Shown here: one piece after another, positions 18,602-28,680 of the stretch
Layout of the letters: every line of letters begins with the position of its first letter
Position numbering within the stretch: position 1 is the stretch's first letter
Source: an uncultured Methanosarcinales archaeon
GTDB taxonomy: Archaea; Nanobdellota; Nanobdellia; Woesearchaeales; GW2011-AR4
Length of the DNA: 64,000 bases
Reading direction: 5' to 3'
Assembly (NCBI GenBank): GCA_964396095.1
Contig: CAYNCK010000024.1
Span: 8,079 to 72,078 of the forward strand
Made by a program: the position numbers and the translations under genes
Notes under the pieces: generated by a model
What the model saw: the letters and a program-made list of their open reading frames with translations, nothing else
What the model was told of the DNA's origin: nothing
The model's database searches: none

Positions 18602-19774
18602 TTACTTCATCTTTTTCAAAGAATTATTTAATTTTAATGCTATCCTGCCCCATGTGCTTTCCTTAAGGTTTTTTCTGTAATTTATCTTTCCTTTGGAAAT
18701 CTGCGCTTTGATTTTTTTTACCATGTCATTTTTGTCATCCGGATTGCAGAGGCTTCCCTTGTAATTTCCCAAAATGAATTCAACATCACCGAGACGTGTA
18801 GCAACTATAGGGGTGTTGCATGCCATGTACTCAACAACCTTGTATGGGAAGCAGTATTTTGTGAAGTCATTTTCCCTGTTTGGCACAACGCATACATCTG
18901 CCGCATTGATCAGCATAGCAACTTTATTCTGCGGCAATGAGCCGAGATATTTAACCCCTTCCTGGGTTAAATCAGGCTCGTTGGCTTTTCCTTTAGTAAA
19001 AAATCCCCTTATCAGATGCAAAAATTTCTGAAAGTCATTGTATCTAAGGCTTGTATCGCTTCCTTTTCCGTAAACAAATCTTCCCGCAATAACCAGCTTA
19101 AGGTTTTTTATTTCTGTTTTCAGTTCCCTGAATGTTTCAATCAGCAAATCTATCCCTTGCCTTGTCTGGATGCTTCCCGTGTACGCGATTATTTTTTCAT
19201 CCTTAAATCCAAAAGCTTTCCTGCATTTTTTCCTGTCCATCGGCCTGAACAATCCCGTGTCAACTCCGTTTTGTATTACTACAACATCTTTTTTTCTTAT
19301 AGAGCCGAGTTTGTTTTTCAACGAATTGCTTACAGTAGTAATCATGCCTGCGTTCTTGACAACATGGCTGTCAAGAACCCTGTAAAACGGAATCCTGAAC
19401 ATGTCGTATGTCTCATAATTATCGTGCAGGTCATAAACAAGCCTTACATTGTATTTTTTTGAGTAGAAATAGCCTATAGCTCCCCATAAAGGGTCGCTTG
19501 TAGCAATAATGAAATCATATTTTTCATTTCTTAACTTATTGTTTAATTCCCTTAAAAAACTTAGAAAATAAAAAAAACTGAATGGCCTTATTGAGACATA
19601 AATGCCGTGCAGCTTCAAATCCTTAGTTTCAAATTTCCTGTAATCAGCAACAAGAAAATCAATATCATTGTCCAGCTCTTTTAATGCGCTAAAAAGCCTG
19701 GTTTGCCTGCCAAAATCCTCGTCTATTATGTCTCTTGTTGCAGTATACCTGCTTGTAAGAACAAGTATTTTCAT
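18602..19774 (-). CDS. Glycosyltransferase, GT-B fold (GT4-like)
   Basis: MKILVLTSRY, IAYTGSIQTRQGIDLLIE and VCVVPNRENDFTKYCFPYKVVEYMACNTPIVATRLGD. Confidence 0.75.
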   Translation of the reverse strand: MKILVLTSRYTATRDIIDEDFGRQTRLFSALKELDNDIDFLVADYRKFETKDLKLHGIYVSIRPFSFFYFLSFLRELNNKLRNEKYDFIIATSDPLWGAIGYFYSKKYNVRLVYDLHDNYETYDMFRIPFYRVLDSHVVKNAGMITTVSNSLKNKLGSIRKKDVVVIQNGVDTGLFRPMDRKKCRKAFGFKDEKIIAYTGSIQTRQGIDLLIETFRELKTEIKNLKLVIAGRFVYGKGSDTSLRYNDFQKFLHLIRGFFTKGKANEPDLTQEGVKYLGSLPQNKVAMLINAADVCVVPNRENDFTKYCFPYKVVEYMACNTPIVATRLGDVEFILGNYKGSLCNPDDKNDMVKKIKAQISKGKINYRKNLKESTWGRIALKLNNSLKKMK

Positions 19775-19775
19775 C

Positions 19776-20660
19776 TTACTTCCTGTTCATATCCGCTATA
19801 AACCCGAATATAATTATCTGCAGGCCAAGGCTTAAAACCAGCACGTCTAGCATCATGAGGCCAAGATGCCTGAATGCGCCGTTTCCAAAAAACTGGAAGT
19901 AAACAAGATAAAGCCCGAGAACAAATCCAACAAAAAATATCATACTGCCCACAATCCCAAAAAATTTCAGAGGCTCAAAATCCCGGTATACTCTTATTAG
20001 GTTAATGAAAGCCCTTACTGCGTACCCAAACGGGTTGGAGATGAGCCTGCTCTTGTCTTTTCTTTTTGCGAAATAAATAGGGACTTCCTTTATCCTGAAT
20101 TTCTCCTTTACTGCCCTTATTATCTGCTCCTGAGTATAGGTATGAGTTGAATTTATCTTCACATTTTCAGCAACCTCCCTTGTAAAAGCCCTAAAGCCGG
20201 TCTGCGCGTCAGAAATACTGATTCCAGTTATCTGCGAGACAACCTTTGAAAAAGCAATGTTGCCCAGCCTTTTTACAAGAGGCATCTGCTCTATTGTTCC
20301 TAAGAACCTGCTTCCAAGCACCATGTCATAGCCATTCTTAATCTCCTTCACGAGTTTTGGAATATCCTTGGGAAGATACTGCATGTCGGCGTCAATATGC
20401 ACTATAACATCTGCCTTTTGCTCTATGCATTTTTTCAGCTCTGTTCGGAAGCACTCAGCAAGCCCGTAATTTTTTGGATGGGAAAAAACAATTGCGCCTG
20501 CCTTTTTTGCAGCGTTTCTGGTGTTGTCAGTGCTCCCGTCATCAACTACGATAATCTTGAAATTATAGCCTTTGCCTTTCAGCGATTTCTTTATCCTGCC
20601 GATTACATTGCCGATTGTATCTCCTTCATTATAGGCAGGGATTGTAACTATTACGTTCAT
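19776..20660 (-). CDS. GT2 polyprenyl-phosphate sugar synthase-like glycosyltransferase with C-terminal TM helices (GtrB/DPM1-like)
   Basis: VTIPAYNEGDTIGNVI, VVDDGSTDNT, HIDADMQY and VLGSRF. Two C-terminal hydrophobic helices, as in GtrB/ArnC. Confidence 0.85.
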   Translation of the reverse strand: MNVIVTIPAYNEGDTIGNVIGRIKKSLKGKGYNFKIIVVDDGSTDNTRNAAKKAGAIVFSHPKNYGLAECFRTELKKCIEQKADVIVHIDADMQYLPKDIPKLVKEIKNGYDMVLGSRFLGTIEQMPLVKRLGNIAFSKVVSQITGISISDAQTGFRAFTREVAENVKINSTHTYTQEQIIRAVKEKFRIKEVPIYFAKRKDKSRLISNPFGYAVRAFINLIRVYRDFEPLKFFGIVGSMIFFVGFVLGLYLVYFQFFGNGAFRHLGLMMLDVLVLSLGLQIIIFGFIADMNRK

Positions 20661-20738
20661 ACCCGCACTTAAGGTAAAATATTTATATACCTTTCTGTTT
20701 TTTTCGGATGCTTAATACTGATTAATTAGAGTTGAAAA

Positions 20739-21452
20739 ATGACAGCAATAAAAGATTATGTTAATTTCTTCAAATTAGCAAGGAAAAGGGAAAGATCAAG
20801 CGATGATTATTTTGAGTTTGAAGCGTTCCAGTCATCGCTTGTAATCAGGTCGCTGAAAAAAAGAGGCATAGCCTTCAGCAAAATGAAAATTCTCGATGTA
20901 GGCTCTGGGAGAGGGGGGTATGCATCCATGCTTTCAGATGAAAATGCAAAAGTCGTGTCGCTTGACATAACAAGAGAATTTTTCCTTAAAACAAAAGCTG
21001 TTGAATTTGTGCAGGGGGACGCAGCAAGGCTTCCATTCAAATCCGATTCTTTTGATTTTGTTTTCTGCTCAAGTCTTATAGAGCACGTCAAAGATTCCGA
21101 TGAGATGGTAAATGAAATTAAGAGGGTTTTGAAAAGAGACAGGATGTGCTACCTAAGCTTCCCTCCCTTCTGGAGCCCTGTAGGCTCTCATCAGTTCAAG
21201 CCGTTCCATTATCTTGGCGAGAAAGTTGCCGTAAAGCTTTCAAGAAAATTTTACCATGTAAGAAGCCATACTTATGGTGATTATTACGGAAAATTATACA
21301 TAAGGACAATAAAACAAGTCAAAAGGATTATTATTGCGAACAATATGGAAATTCTGTCGCTTACAACAAGAATGTCGCCAATCAATTTTGCAAAAATTCC
21401 GATAGCCCGGGACTTCCTGACATGGCATGCGGAGTTTCTTATAAAAAAGTAA
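20739..21452 (+). CDS. Class I SAM-dependent methyltransferase
   Basis: Motif I ILDVGSGRGGYA, then VSLDIT and FDFVFCSSLIEHV. Confidence 0.8.
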   Translation: MTAIKDYVNFFKLARKRERSSDDYFEFEAFQSSLVIRSLKKRGIAFSKMKILDVGSGRGGYASMLSDENAKVVSLDITREFFLKTKAVEFVQGDAARLPFKSDSFDFVFCSSLIEHVKDSDEMVNEIKRVLKRDRMCYLSFPPFWSPVGSHQFKPFHYLGEKVAVKLSRKFYHVRSHTYGDYYGKLYIRTIKQVKRIIIANNMEILSLTTRMSPINFAKIPIARDFLTWHAEFLIKK

Positions 21453-21492
21453 GTTATATATACGCATTGGTTTTTCTCCGATAGGGGATTTG

Positions 21493-23604
21493 ATGTACGC
21501 TTCAAGCATTATTTTGTTCTTTTTGTATTGCTACGGGTTTGGCCTAGGTTTAGGTATGTTTGTAAAGGAATCGGAGGATTTTTTTGAAAGGCATTTGATG
21601 CGCATAGGCATTGGCCTGGGGGCAGTAGCTGCTTTTGGCTTGCTGCTGAATTTGATAAAAATTCCGCTTGACTGGAGAATTTTTACCGCAATCAGCATAG
21701 TTCCGATTATTATTTTATTATTGAAAAATCTGAAGAAGATTTCATCAGTATTTAAGGGCATAAAGCTTAACGTCTATGTCCTGGTCATGCTTGTTATATT
21801 TTTCCTGACATTGCATATGTACATGAAGGGCGCTTTTGCCTACCCTTACCTTGAAGATGATGATTCATGGAGCCATGCTGTCGGCGTGAAATATGTTTCT
21901 GTTGAGAAGACGATTTTTGACCCTGCCAACAGGATACAATACATCGATCCTTATCCTCCTTTATACGACATGCTTATAGGAATTCTTCACCAGACAAATG
22001 ACTCTGTTTTCTGGTCGCTGAAATTCTTCAACGCATTAATAATATCTCTAAGCATAATATTCTTTTATTTTTTTGCAAAGGCTTTTTCAAGCAGCTCAAA
22101 AAAGGCATTGTTTTCTACATTCATCCTTTTTTCAGTCCCCGCTTTCATGAGCCATTTCATCTGGGCAATTTCTCTAACAATGCCTTTGTTCTTTGTCGCA
22201 TTTTATGCCATTGAAAAAATAAAGGACGATAGGAAATGGATAATTGTGTCTGCAACAGTCATTGCAGCTGCCCTTACATCTTCACCATCGCACAGCACTT
22301 ATTTTGGATTGTTTTTTGTTATTTATTTTATTGTCAAAACATTGTCTGAGAAAAAATTCATGTTTTATCATTTAATTGCCTGTATTTTTGGAGTATTGCT
22401 TTCATTTGCCCTTTGGTGGCTGCCGATGATTCTTAAGCATGGTGTTGAAGCAACCCTGAGGGGGGTGGGCCTGCATGCAGGAGGCAGCGTGCTTAGCATT
22501 GGAGGGACCGGTGACAGGGTTTATTCATTTTCAGATTTTCTTTGCGGATTTGATTCTGGTTGCTATAATGGCTCCAATACAATAAACAATCCAGTCGGAA
22601 TCGGCATAGCTGTTATTTTTCTTGTTTTTGCCGCGCTGGTATTTTTTATCTATAACTCAAGGCAAGAATTGAAAAAAAGCAGGATGACCATAATCATTTC
22701 TTATGCAGTTATTGCATTGCTGATTCTATATTTTTTAGGAAGCACATACCTCAAGTATATAGACACAAAAACCACAAGAGCGTTGGCACAAGGATCTGTC
22801 CCATTTTTTGATTTTCTCTCTGAGCAAAGGTTTCTCGTCATAACTTTGCTGTTATTTGTTTTTGTGCTGTTGCTAGTTATTATTTCGCAATGGAAAAATT
22901 CAGATAAAAATTCAAGTTATATTGCTGTAGCCCTCGCATGGCTTGCTTTTGGCTTTTATGCAGTAAGCGCGGGCCCATTTGAATACAAGCTTTCATCTTT
23001 CAGGGCATGGATGATTCTTGCGATTCCGGTTTCCATAATTGCAGGGGAAGGAATTTATTTTATCCAAAGCCTTGCAAATTCAATTGCAAATGGAATTATT
23101 CGAAACAAAAATATTTCAGCTGCACTTTCTTTGATAGCGATTTGCTTGATTGCATTTGCTGTTGTAAAGACTTCATTCATCCCAAAATATAAAGTTAATA
23201 CCGCCCAGTGGGGCTCAGGGGGCTTCTGGACTTATATTCAGGACTCTTCAGGAAAAGTGACTTCTCCGGAATTAAGCGGCTATCTGTGGCTTAAGGACAA
23301 TATTCCGTCTAATGCAAAAATATTTACTTTCTCCAATGACGGAATTATAATAGGATTTGACAAGTTCATCTGCCATTGGTGCACAGATGTTGTAGAATAC
23401 CAAAAAAGCGGATTCAACCAAAGCGCTGAGGAGAATTACAACTGGCTTAAAAAGGAACAGTACCAATATATTATTATAGATGCGCAGGCAGCAAAAAAAT
23501 TTGGATATAATGAAACATCTGGCAAGCTTCGCGGATTTATAAATTCAACAAGATTCAAGCCGATTTTCGGCAATAACGGCTTTGTTATATTTGCAGTGGC
23601 CTGA
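21493..23604 (+). CDS. GT-C fold polytopic membrane glycosyltransferase (ArnT/PMT-like)
   Basis: More than 12 hydrophobic helices. Acidic first-loop motif YPYLEDDDSWSHA. C-terminal soluble region. ATG at 21493 is preferred over TTG at 21490. Confidence 0.7.
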   Translation: MYASSIILFFLYCYGFGLGLGMFVKESEDFFERHLMRIGIGLGAVAAFGLLLNLIKIPLDWRIFTAISIVPIIILLLKNLKKISSVFKGIKLNVYVLVMLVIFFLTLHMYMKGAFAYPYLEDDDSWSHAVGVKYVSVEKTIFDPANRIQYIDPYPPLYDMLIGILHQTNDSVFWSLKFFNALIISLSIIFFYFFAKAFSSSSKKALFSTFILFSVPAFMSHFIWAISLTMPLFFVAFYAIEKIKDDRKWIIVSATVIAAALTSSPSHSTYFGLFFVIYFIVKTLSEKKFMFYHLIACIFGVLLSFALWWLPMILKHGVEATLRGVGLHAGGSVLSIGGTGDRVYSFSDFLCGFDSGCYNGSNTINNPVGIGIAVIFLVFAALVFFIYNSRQELKKSRMTIIISYAVIALLILYFLGSTYLKYIDTKTTRALAQGSVPFFDFLSEQRFLVITLLLFVFVLLLVIISQWKNSDKNSSYIAVALAWLAFGFYAVSAGPFEYKLSSFRAWMILAIPVSIIAGEGIYFIQSLANSIANGIIRNKNISAALSLIAICLIAFAVVKTSFIPKYKVNTAQWGSGGFWTYIQDSSGKVTSPELSGYLWLKDNIPSNAKIFTFSNDGIIIGFDKFICHWCTDVVEYQKSGFNQSAEENYNWLKKEQYQYIIIDAQAAKKFGYNETSGKLRGFINSTRFKPIFGNNGFVIFAVA

Positions 23605-23623
23605 ATTATTTTGCAGAAGCATT

Positions 23624-24367
23624 TTAATTATATTTTCCCATAAAGTCCCATATCCTTATTTTTAACAGGTCTATCGGGTCGAATAGCACGCATTTTACAA
23701 AATTTATTTTTGAGTCCGGGTTATTTATCCAAACAACAGGCACTTCCTTCATCTTAAGCCCAAATTTTTTTCCGAGATATATAATTTCGGCATCGAACAT
23801 GCCCCCGTCAAGCCTCTGCTTTCTGAATAAAATCTGAGCACTCTTTTTCGTGAAAAGCTTGAAGCCGCACTGGGTGTCTTTTGGGGGATGCGTAAAAGTA
23901 AATAGGACAGCATGAGCATAAATTTTTGCAAGGAAAGCAAACAATCTCCTGTAGAAAGGCTGAGCCACCTTAACTTTGCCTTTATCCAGGCTTCTTGAGC
24001 CGAATGCAAAATCATACCCTTTTTTTATGTAATGCATCAGGCTGTCAAGCTCCTCTATTGGTGCAGACAAATCAGCATCTGTAAACAGGACATAATCGCC
24101 TTTCGCACTGAGCATTCCAGCTTTGGTCGCATAGCCCTTTCCTTTGTTTTTTTTGTATCCTATTACCCTTAGGCTTTTGTGATTTCTGGAAAAATTCCTT
24201 ACAACATCCACTGTGTCGTCTTTGCTGCCGTCGCTTACAACAATAACCTCGAAATTTAATTTCTTGACCTTGGAATAGGATAATATCTTTTCCAGAGACG
24301 GGACTATTCTGTTTGACTCGTTATACGCAGGTATGACGATAGAGAGCGATATATTCTTTCCCATCAT
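23624..24367 (-). CDS. GT2 polyprenyl-phosphate sugar synthase-like glycosyltransferase (Alg5/DPM1-like)
   Basis: LSIVIPAYNESNRI, VVSDGSKDDT, FTDADLS, FGSRS and QCGFK. Confidence 0.85.
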   Translation of the reverse strand: MMGKNISLSIVIPAYNESNRIVPSLEKILSYSKVKKLNFEVIVVSDGSKDDTVDVVRNFSRNHKSLRVIGYKKNKGKGYATKAGMLSAKGDYVLFTDADLSAPIEELDSLMHYIKKGYDFAFGSRSLDKGKVKVAQPFYRRLFAFLAKIYAHAVLFTFTHPPKDTQCGFKLFTKKSAQILFRKQRLDGGMFDAEIIYLGKKFGLKMKEVPVVWINNPDSKINFVKCVLFDPIDLLKIRIWDFMGKYN

Positions 24368-24420
24368 GCCTGAGTTTTAATGAATGTTTAAAAATATTGT
24401 GAAAATGAAATAATCATTCA

Positions 24421-25131
24421 TTATTTCCTGCAATATCCTATAATGCTGAGCCCAAAAGGGAGCTGCACGCCATTTTTTATCAAAGAATTCTCAATCTTGA
24501 AAATCGAATAGAAAAAAGAATGAATAATTTTCGGGAATTTGATGTGGTCCGCTTTGCTTGATTTCTTTTTGAGGATTCTTAAGAGCGCAATCTGGGGAAA
24601 AAGTACAGAGTTCCAGTAGTTTAGTTCCAGGCCATGAAATTTTTCCAGCAATTTTCTTAAAATTTTTTTGCTGTATCTCCTTTTATGGTCCAGCGCCCTG
24701 TCGTGGCTGCTGAATAAAAATGGGTATGCGGGTACCGAAAAAACAAGATAGCCGTCTTTCTTAAGCACCCTGTTTGATTCTGAAACTGCCTTTTTGTCGT
24801 CATATATGTGCTCGAAAACATCAAACGATACAACAATGTCAAAAAAATTATTTCTGTATGGGATATTGCAGGCATCGGCCGCTTTCTTTTCAATGCACAA
24901 TTCTTTTGGCACAAGCTTCAAAACATCTTTGCTTATGTCAATCACATAAACTTCACCATACTTGTTAAGAACCTCCAAGTCGTAACCGCTTCCTGCCCCG
25001 ATGTTCAGTATCCTGAGCTTTCCTTTTTTTGATTTTGTAAGTCTTGAGAGAAGTATTTTAATTAGATCCTTCTTGCCCCTCAGCCAGCAATGTGTCATCG
25101 GCTGCCCTCCAACATAATCTGCGTAGTCCAT
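24421..25131 (-). CDS. Class I SAM-dependent methyltransferase
   Basis: ILNIGAGSGYDL, VYVIDIS and FDIVVSFDVFEHI. The start abuts the stop of the upstream GT-C gene. Confidence 0.8.
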   Translation of the reverse strand: MDYADYVGGQPMTHCWLRGKKDLIKILLSRLTKSKKGKLRILNIGAGSGYDLEVLNKYGEVYVIDISKDVLKLVPKELCIEKKAADACNIPYRNNFFDIVVSFDVFEHIYDDKKAVSESNRVLKKDGYLVFSVPAYPFLFSSHDRALDHKRRYSKKILRKLLEKFHGLELNYWNSVLFPQIALLRILKKKSSKADHIKFPKIIHSFFYSIFKIENSLIKNGVQLPFGLSIIGYCRK

Positions 25132-26859
25132 TTATTTCTTTATATCATATACAAATATTGTGTAGCCAATGCTCTTTATCGGTTTATATTTGCTCAGCCA
25201 CTCGAAGCAAGATTCATTAAGCAGATTGTAGCCGTGAAGATTGGAGGCGCTTATTGCAATTATACCATATTTTTTTGAGCAATCTTCTTTATATTCATCT
25301 AATCCAAAATTCGGAGCCCATGGAATATAATCCTCCATTGGCAGAGGCTCATATGATATATTATAATATGAAGGGTCAAAAGCTCCATGATAGCTTAGCC
25401 AGATTTTTTTGATGCCGTTAATTTCTATATAACTTTTCATGCCATTTAAATCCTGCCCAAAATCTAGATTTGATGAGAGCAGATATTTATGCCCGTTTGC
25501 ATGCCCAATAATTTCATTGAAATACGCAATGTAATGCGGCATAATAAAAATTGTTCCTATTATATACCATGCCAGAAGTATAAAAATAATCCATCTAAAA
25601 ATAGTGTTGTTCTCTTTAAATCTTAGATTCATAATCCTTGAGCTGAACAGAAATACGAAAGGCATTATGGGCAGAATATGCCTCAATCCAAGATTGAAAT
25701 TTGTTATTATAAAAATTCCCGCAAAAAACAGGATTGGCAGCAATATGAACAGATCGCTGAAATCCTTCTTCTTTGACTTGAAATAAAAAAATAATGTAAC
25801 TACAAAAAAAATAATCAATGGCAGGGGATTTTTTATTAGCAAAACCTCAAAAAAATAGTACCACTTGCCTCCATTGTAAAGCTGCCCGTTTATATATCCC
25901 AGTTTTACTTTTGACGACTCAACCCGGTACTGTCCAGCAAAACCTGCAGGGTACTGCGGCATTGGAATCTTAACATCATTTATGAAAAAATTAGCGAGAT
26001 GGTTAAATGTGCTTCCTTTTGCAAAATTCTTGTCAATGGCAGAATGCATTGCATTGACATACCTATCCGGAACAGATTCCGCAATTGAACCAAAGCTGAA
26101 GAAATATGTAGAATAAAGCACAAAAAAACCAATTGCCATGATGATCATGAAATGCAAAAAATACCTCTTTAGCAGTTTTTTTTTGTTTTTATTTTTCCTA
26201 TATGCCGATGCCAAAAAAAGTATAAGCATTATCGGAATAAGAAATATGGCTGTGAATTTTGATGCCATTGCAAAGCCGAAAGAAACTCCTGCAAGTGCGA
26301 GCCTTGCTTTTGTGTATCCTTTTATAAGCAGTTTCCAGAGCAAATAAATTGTTGTGAATACAAAAAAGGCAATAAGGAAATCAGTAAAAACTAAAGTATT
26401 GTAAGACAAAATTGTAGGTGAAAATGAATATAAAGCTAACGCAAAAAATGCCGGTTTTATGCCATAAATCTCCTCAGCAAATAAAAATAGCAGAATGCCC
26501 AATATAACGGACAGAATCAGGAATGGCAGCCTGGCATAGATTGTGATTTTTTCAACATCATTTCCTGACTTGAAAATCATGTCCTCAGAGCATTGGTAAT
26601 AGCCGAAATCAATGCAATTCTGGTAGGAATACGGAAGATTAACTTTGGTGAAAAGCAAAGGAAGGCCGGTTAAAAGAAATGTCAGCGGAGGGTGCAAAAT
26701 AACCATGCGTGTGTCAAGATGCTTAACAAAATAATAGCCAACAGCAATGTACGCAGGCTCGTCTATGACAAGATTATTATTCAGCAATGCATATAATGAC
26801 TGGGCTAGAAAAAGCAAAAGAAGCATTGATGCAAACAAATATTTTTTGCCATTACTCAT
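25132..26859 (-). CDS. GT-C fold membrane glycosyltransferase (GT39/83, ArnT/PMT_2-like)
   Basis: LVIDEPAYIAVGYYF and ILHPPLTF motifs in the first loop/helices, about 12 helices, and a C-terminal soluble domain. Confidence 0.8.
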   Translation of the reverse strand: MSNGKKYLFASMLLLLFLAQSLYALLNNNLVIDEPAYIAVGYYFVKHLDTRMVILHPPLTFLLTGLPLLFTKVNLPYSYQNCIDFGYYQCSEDMIFKSGNDVEKITIYARLPFLILSVILGILLFLFAEEIYGIKPAFFALALYSFSPTILSYNTLVFTDFLIAFFVFTTIYLLWKLLIKGYTKARLALAGVSFGFAMASKFTAIFLIPIMLILFLASAYRKNKNKKKLLKRYFLHFMIIMAIGFFVLYSTYFFSFGSIAESVPDRYVNAMHSAIDKNFAKGSTFNHLANFFINDVKIPMPQYPAGFAGQYRVESSKVKLGYINGQLYNGGKWYYFFEVLLIKNPLPLIIFFVVTLFFYFKSKKKDFSDLFILLPILFFAGIFIITNFNLGLRHILPIMPFVFLFSSRIMNLRFKENNTIFRWIIFILLAWYIIGTIFIMPHYIAYFNEIIGHANGHKYLLSSNLDFGQDLNGMKSYIEINGIKKIWLSYHGAFDPSYYNISYEPLPMEDYIPWAPNFGLDEYKEDCSKKYGIIAISASNLHGYNLLNESCFEWLSKYKPIKSIGYTIFVYDIKK

Positions 26860-26986
26860 ATTTATTCCAAAAATGAGTACGCATTTTTATAGGTTATGGA
26901 AAATACAGTAAGCCATACTTGATTATTAAATAATATTCCCTTAATTTTTATTATAAATTTAATTCAATAATAAGAAGCCGAAGAAA

Positions 26987-28492
26987 TTAAGTTGAAGATT
27001 TTGCTGTACCGCCAATAAGCCTTTTTAGGCTTTTTGAGAGGAACAATGAAAAGCTTCTCTCTGTCTTTGTCTCCTGCTTTGAAGTCAAAATATTCCTCAT
27101 CATCCTTAGCTGCTTGAACGGATGGTATAAGCTCTTGTAAAAATAGAATGTCTTGTAGACTCCTGCAATCCTTTGGTTGGCAATCTCCCTGTCAGGATAC
27201 CAGTCAGGAAGATCATTTACGTTTGCGCCTGCATCCTGCTCCATCAACGCTGGATCTATGTCAGCAAAATATTTCTTTGTTATTGGAGTGTTGGGATATG
27301 GTAGCATCGGTGCAGGGCAGATTTCATCAAGGCCTGCCTTTGCCAGCCTCTTAACATAATTTGTGGTAAGTGTGTAATCCTCTTCTGTCTCCGCCTTTGC
27401 GAGTCCAGTTATGATAAAGCAGCCTGTCTTTATTCCAATCTTGTGGCATATATTGACGAGCTTTACTATAAGCTCCAAGTCAATGAACTTGCTGTAAACC
27501 TCTTTCAAAAGCCTTTGCGAGCCCGATTCAGGCGCGAAAATCAGATATTTGCAGCCGGCATCCTTGAATAATTGCAGATTTTCCTCGTTCATCTTTTCCG
27601 GCCTAACTCCGCTTGGAGTTGTCCATGTTATCTTAAGTCCCCTATTTATTATCTCTTTGCAGATTTCAACAGCCCTGCCCATGTTAAGCGTGAAATTGTC
27701 GTCGTTTATCTCAAAATGAGTAATTCCATGTTTTGTTATGCATTCCTCAATCTCATCTACAAAATTCATCGGGCTTCTTGCTCTCCATGTTCTCTGCCAG
27801 AAAACAATGCTTGCGCAGTAAGAGCATGTCAAGGGGCATCCTCTCGAAGAAGTGATTGAAGTGAATTTGTTTACAACAGGCCCGTGAGAAAATTTCCTTT
27901 TCCAGTAGTTCTCCAGGGGTATCAAGTCCCTTGCCGGGAATGGAATTTCATCAAGATTCTGCACAAATTTTGTTTTTTTATTTACCTTGATTTCCTTGTT
28001 GGAATCCATAAACGACAGCCCGTCCAATTGCGAGTAATCTTTTCCGGTTGATAGGCATTCAATTAAATCATAGCAAGTCGCTTCGCCTTCTCCAAGAACA
28101 GCAAAATTTGCGCCATGCTCAAGATAAAAATCAGGATGCATTGTTGGGTCATTTCCTCCGACAATAATTGCGGTATCCGGAAATTTTTCCCTTATCCTTT
28201 TCAGGATTTCAACATACATTCTTTGCTGGGTTGAGAAATTGGTTGCAACAGTTATGTAATCCGCCCTTGGGTTTATCTTAGAGACTATCTGATCAAAATT
28301 CAGCCCAATATAGATTATATCGCCCCACTTATTCTTCTGGAATATGCCTTCTCCAACAGCATCAATAACCTGGACATCAAAGCTTTTTCTTAAATAACCT
28401 GCAAGATATGCAACGCCCATCGGAACAGCCAAAGAAACTGTAGGTTTCTCTATTAATGGGGGGTTTATAATGGTAACATTTACATTATTCAT
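26987..28492 (-). CDS. B12-binding-domain radical SAM protein, paralog 2
   Basis: N-terminal Rossmann-like region (IIVGGNDPT), SSRGCPLTCSYCAS, APESG and FIITGL. Confidence 0.85.
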   Translation of the reverse strand: MNNVNVTIINPPLIEKPTVSLAVPMGVAYLAGYLRKSFDVQVIDAVGEGIFQKNKWGDIIYIGLNFDQIVSKINPRADYITVATNFSTQQRMYVEILKRIREKFPDTAIIVGGNDPTMHPDFYLEHGANFAVLGEGEATCYDLIECLSTGKDYSQLDGLSFMDSNKEIKVNKKTKFVQNLDEIPFPARDLIPLENYWKRKFSHGPVVNKFTSITSSRGCPLTCSYCASIVFWQRTWRARSPMNFVDEIEECITKHGITHFEINDDNFTLNMGRAVEICKEIINRGLKITWTTPSGVRPEKMNEENLQLFKDAGCKYLIFAPESGSQRLLKEVYSKFIDLELIVKLVNICHKIGIKTGCFIITGLAKAETEEDYTLTTNYVKRLAKAGLDEICPAPMLPYPNTPITKKYFADIDPALMEQDAGANVNDLPDWYPDREIANQRIAGVYKTFYFYKSLYHPFKQLRMMRNILTSKQETKTERSFSLFLSKSLKRLIGGTAKSST

Positions 28493-28535
28493 TAAGCCAT
28501 ACAGTCTTGTAATATCTTTATAAATTTTTTCATTT

Positions 28536-28549
28536 TTAACAATTGTTAA
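28536..28549. promoter_or_regulatory. Perfect 14-bp palindrome TTAACAATTGTTAA in the divergent rSAM-rSAM intergenic region
   Basis: Read directly. Related to the 16-bp motif at 28634 and 38900 (core TTAACAAT-N-GTTAA). A further half-site-like TTAATATTGTTAA lies at 28552-28564. Confidence 0.4.
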
Positions 28550-28633
28550 TTTTAATATTGTTAATCAAAACATCTAAAAACCAAAGTACTTTACCCATGC
28601 TTAAAAAACCACAGAAAAGAATTTAAATAGTAG

Positions 28634-28649
28634 CTTAACAATAGTTAAG
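28634..28649. promoter_or_regulatory. 16-bp inverted repeat CTTAACAATAGTTAAG (operator-like) upstream of rSAM paralog 3
   Basis: Identical 16-mer to 38900-38915. Arms CTTAAC/GTTAAG. Flanked by TATA-like AATTTAAATAG (upstream) and TATTTAAAA (downstream). Lies 31 nt before ATG 28681. Confidence 0.5.
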
Positions 28650-28680
28650 TATTTAAAACACAAGAGAGGTGCTTTTCAAG

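Noticed and set aside
26909-26918. 10-mer TAAGCCATAC repeated at 28493-28502, upstream of consecutive minus-strand genes
   Set aside because: Exact 10-mer repeats are expected many times by chance in 64 kb of this composition. The two copies also sit at different distances from their start codons.
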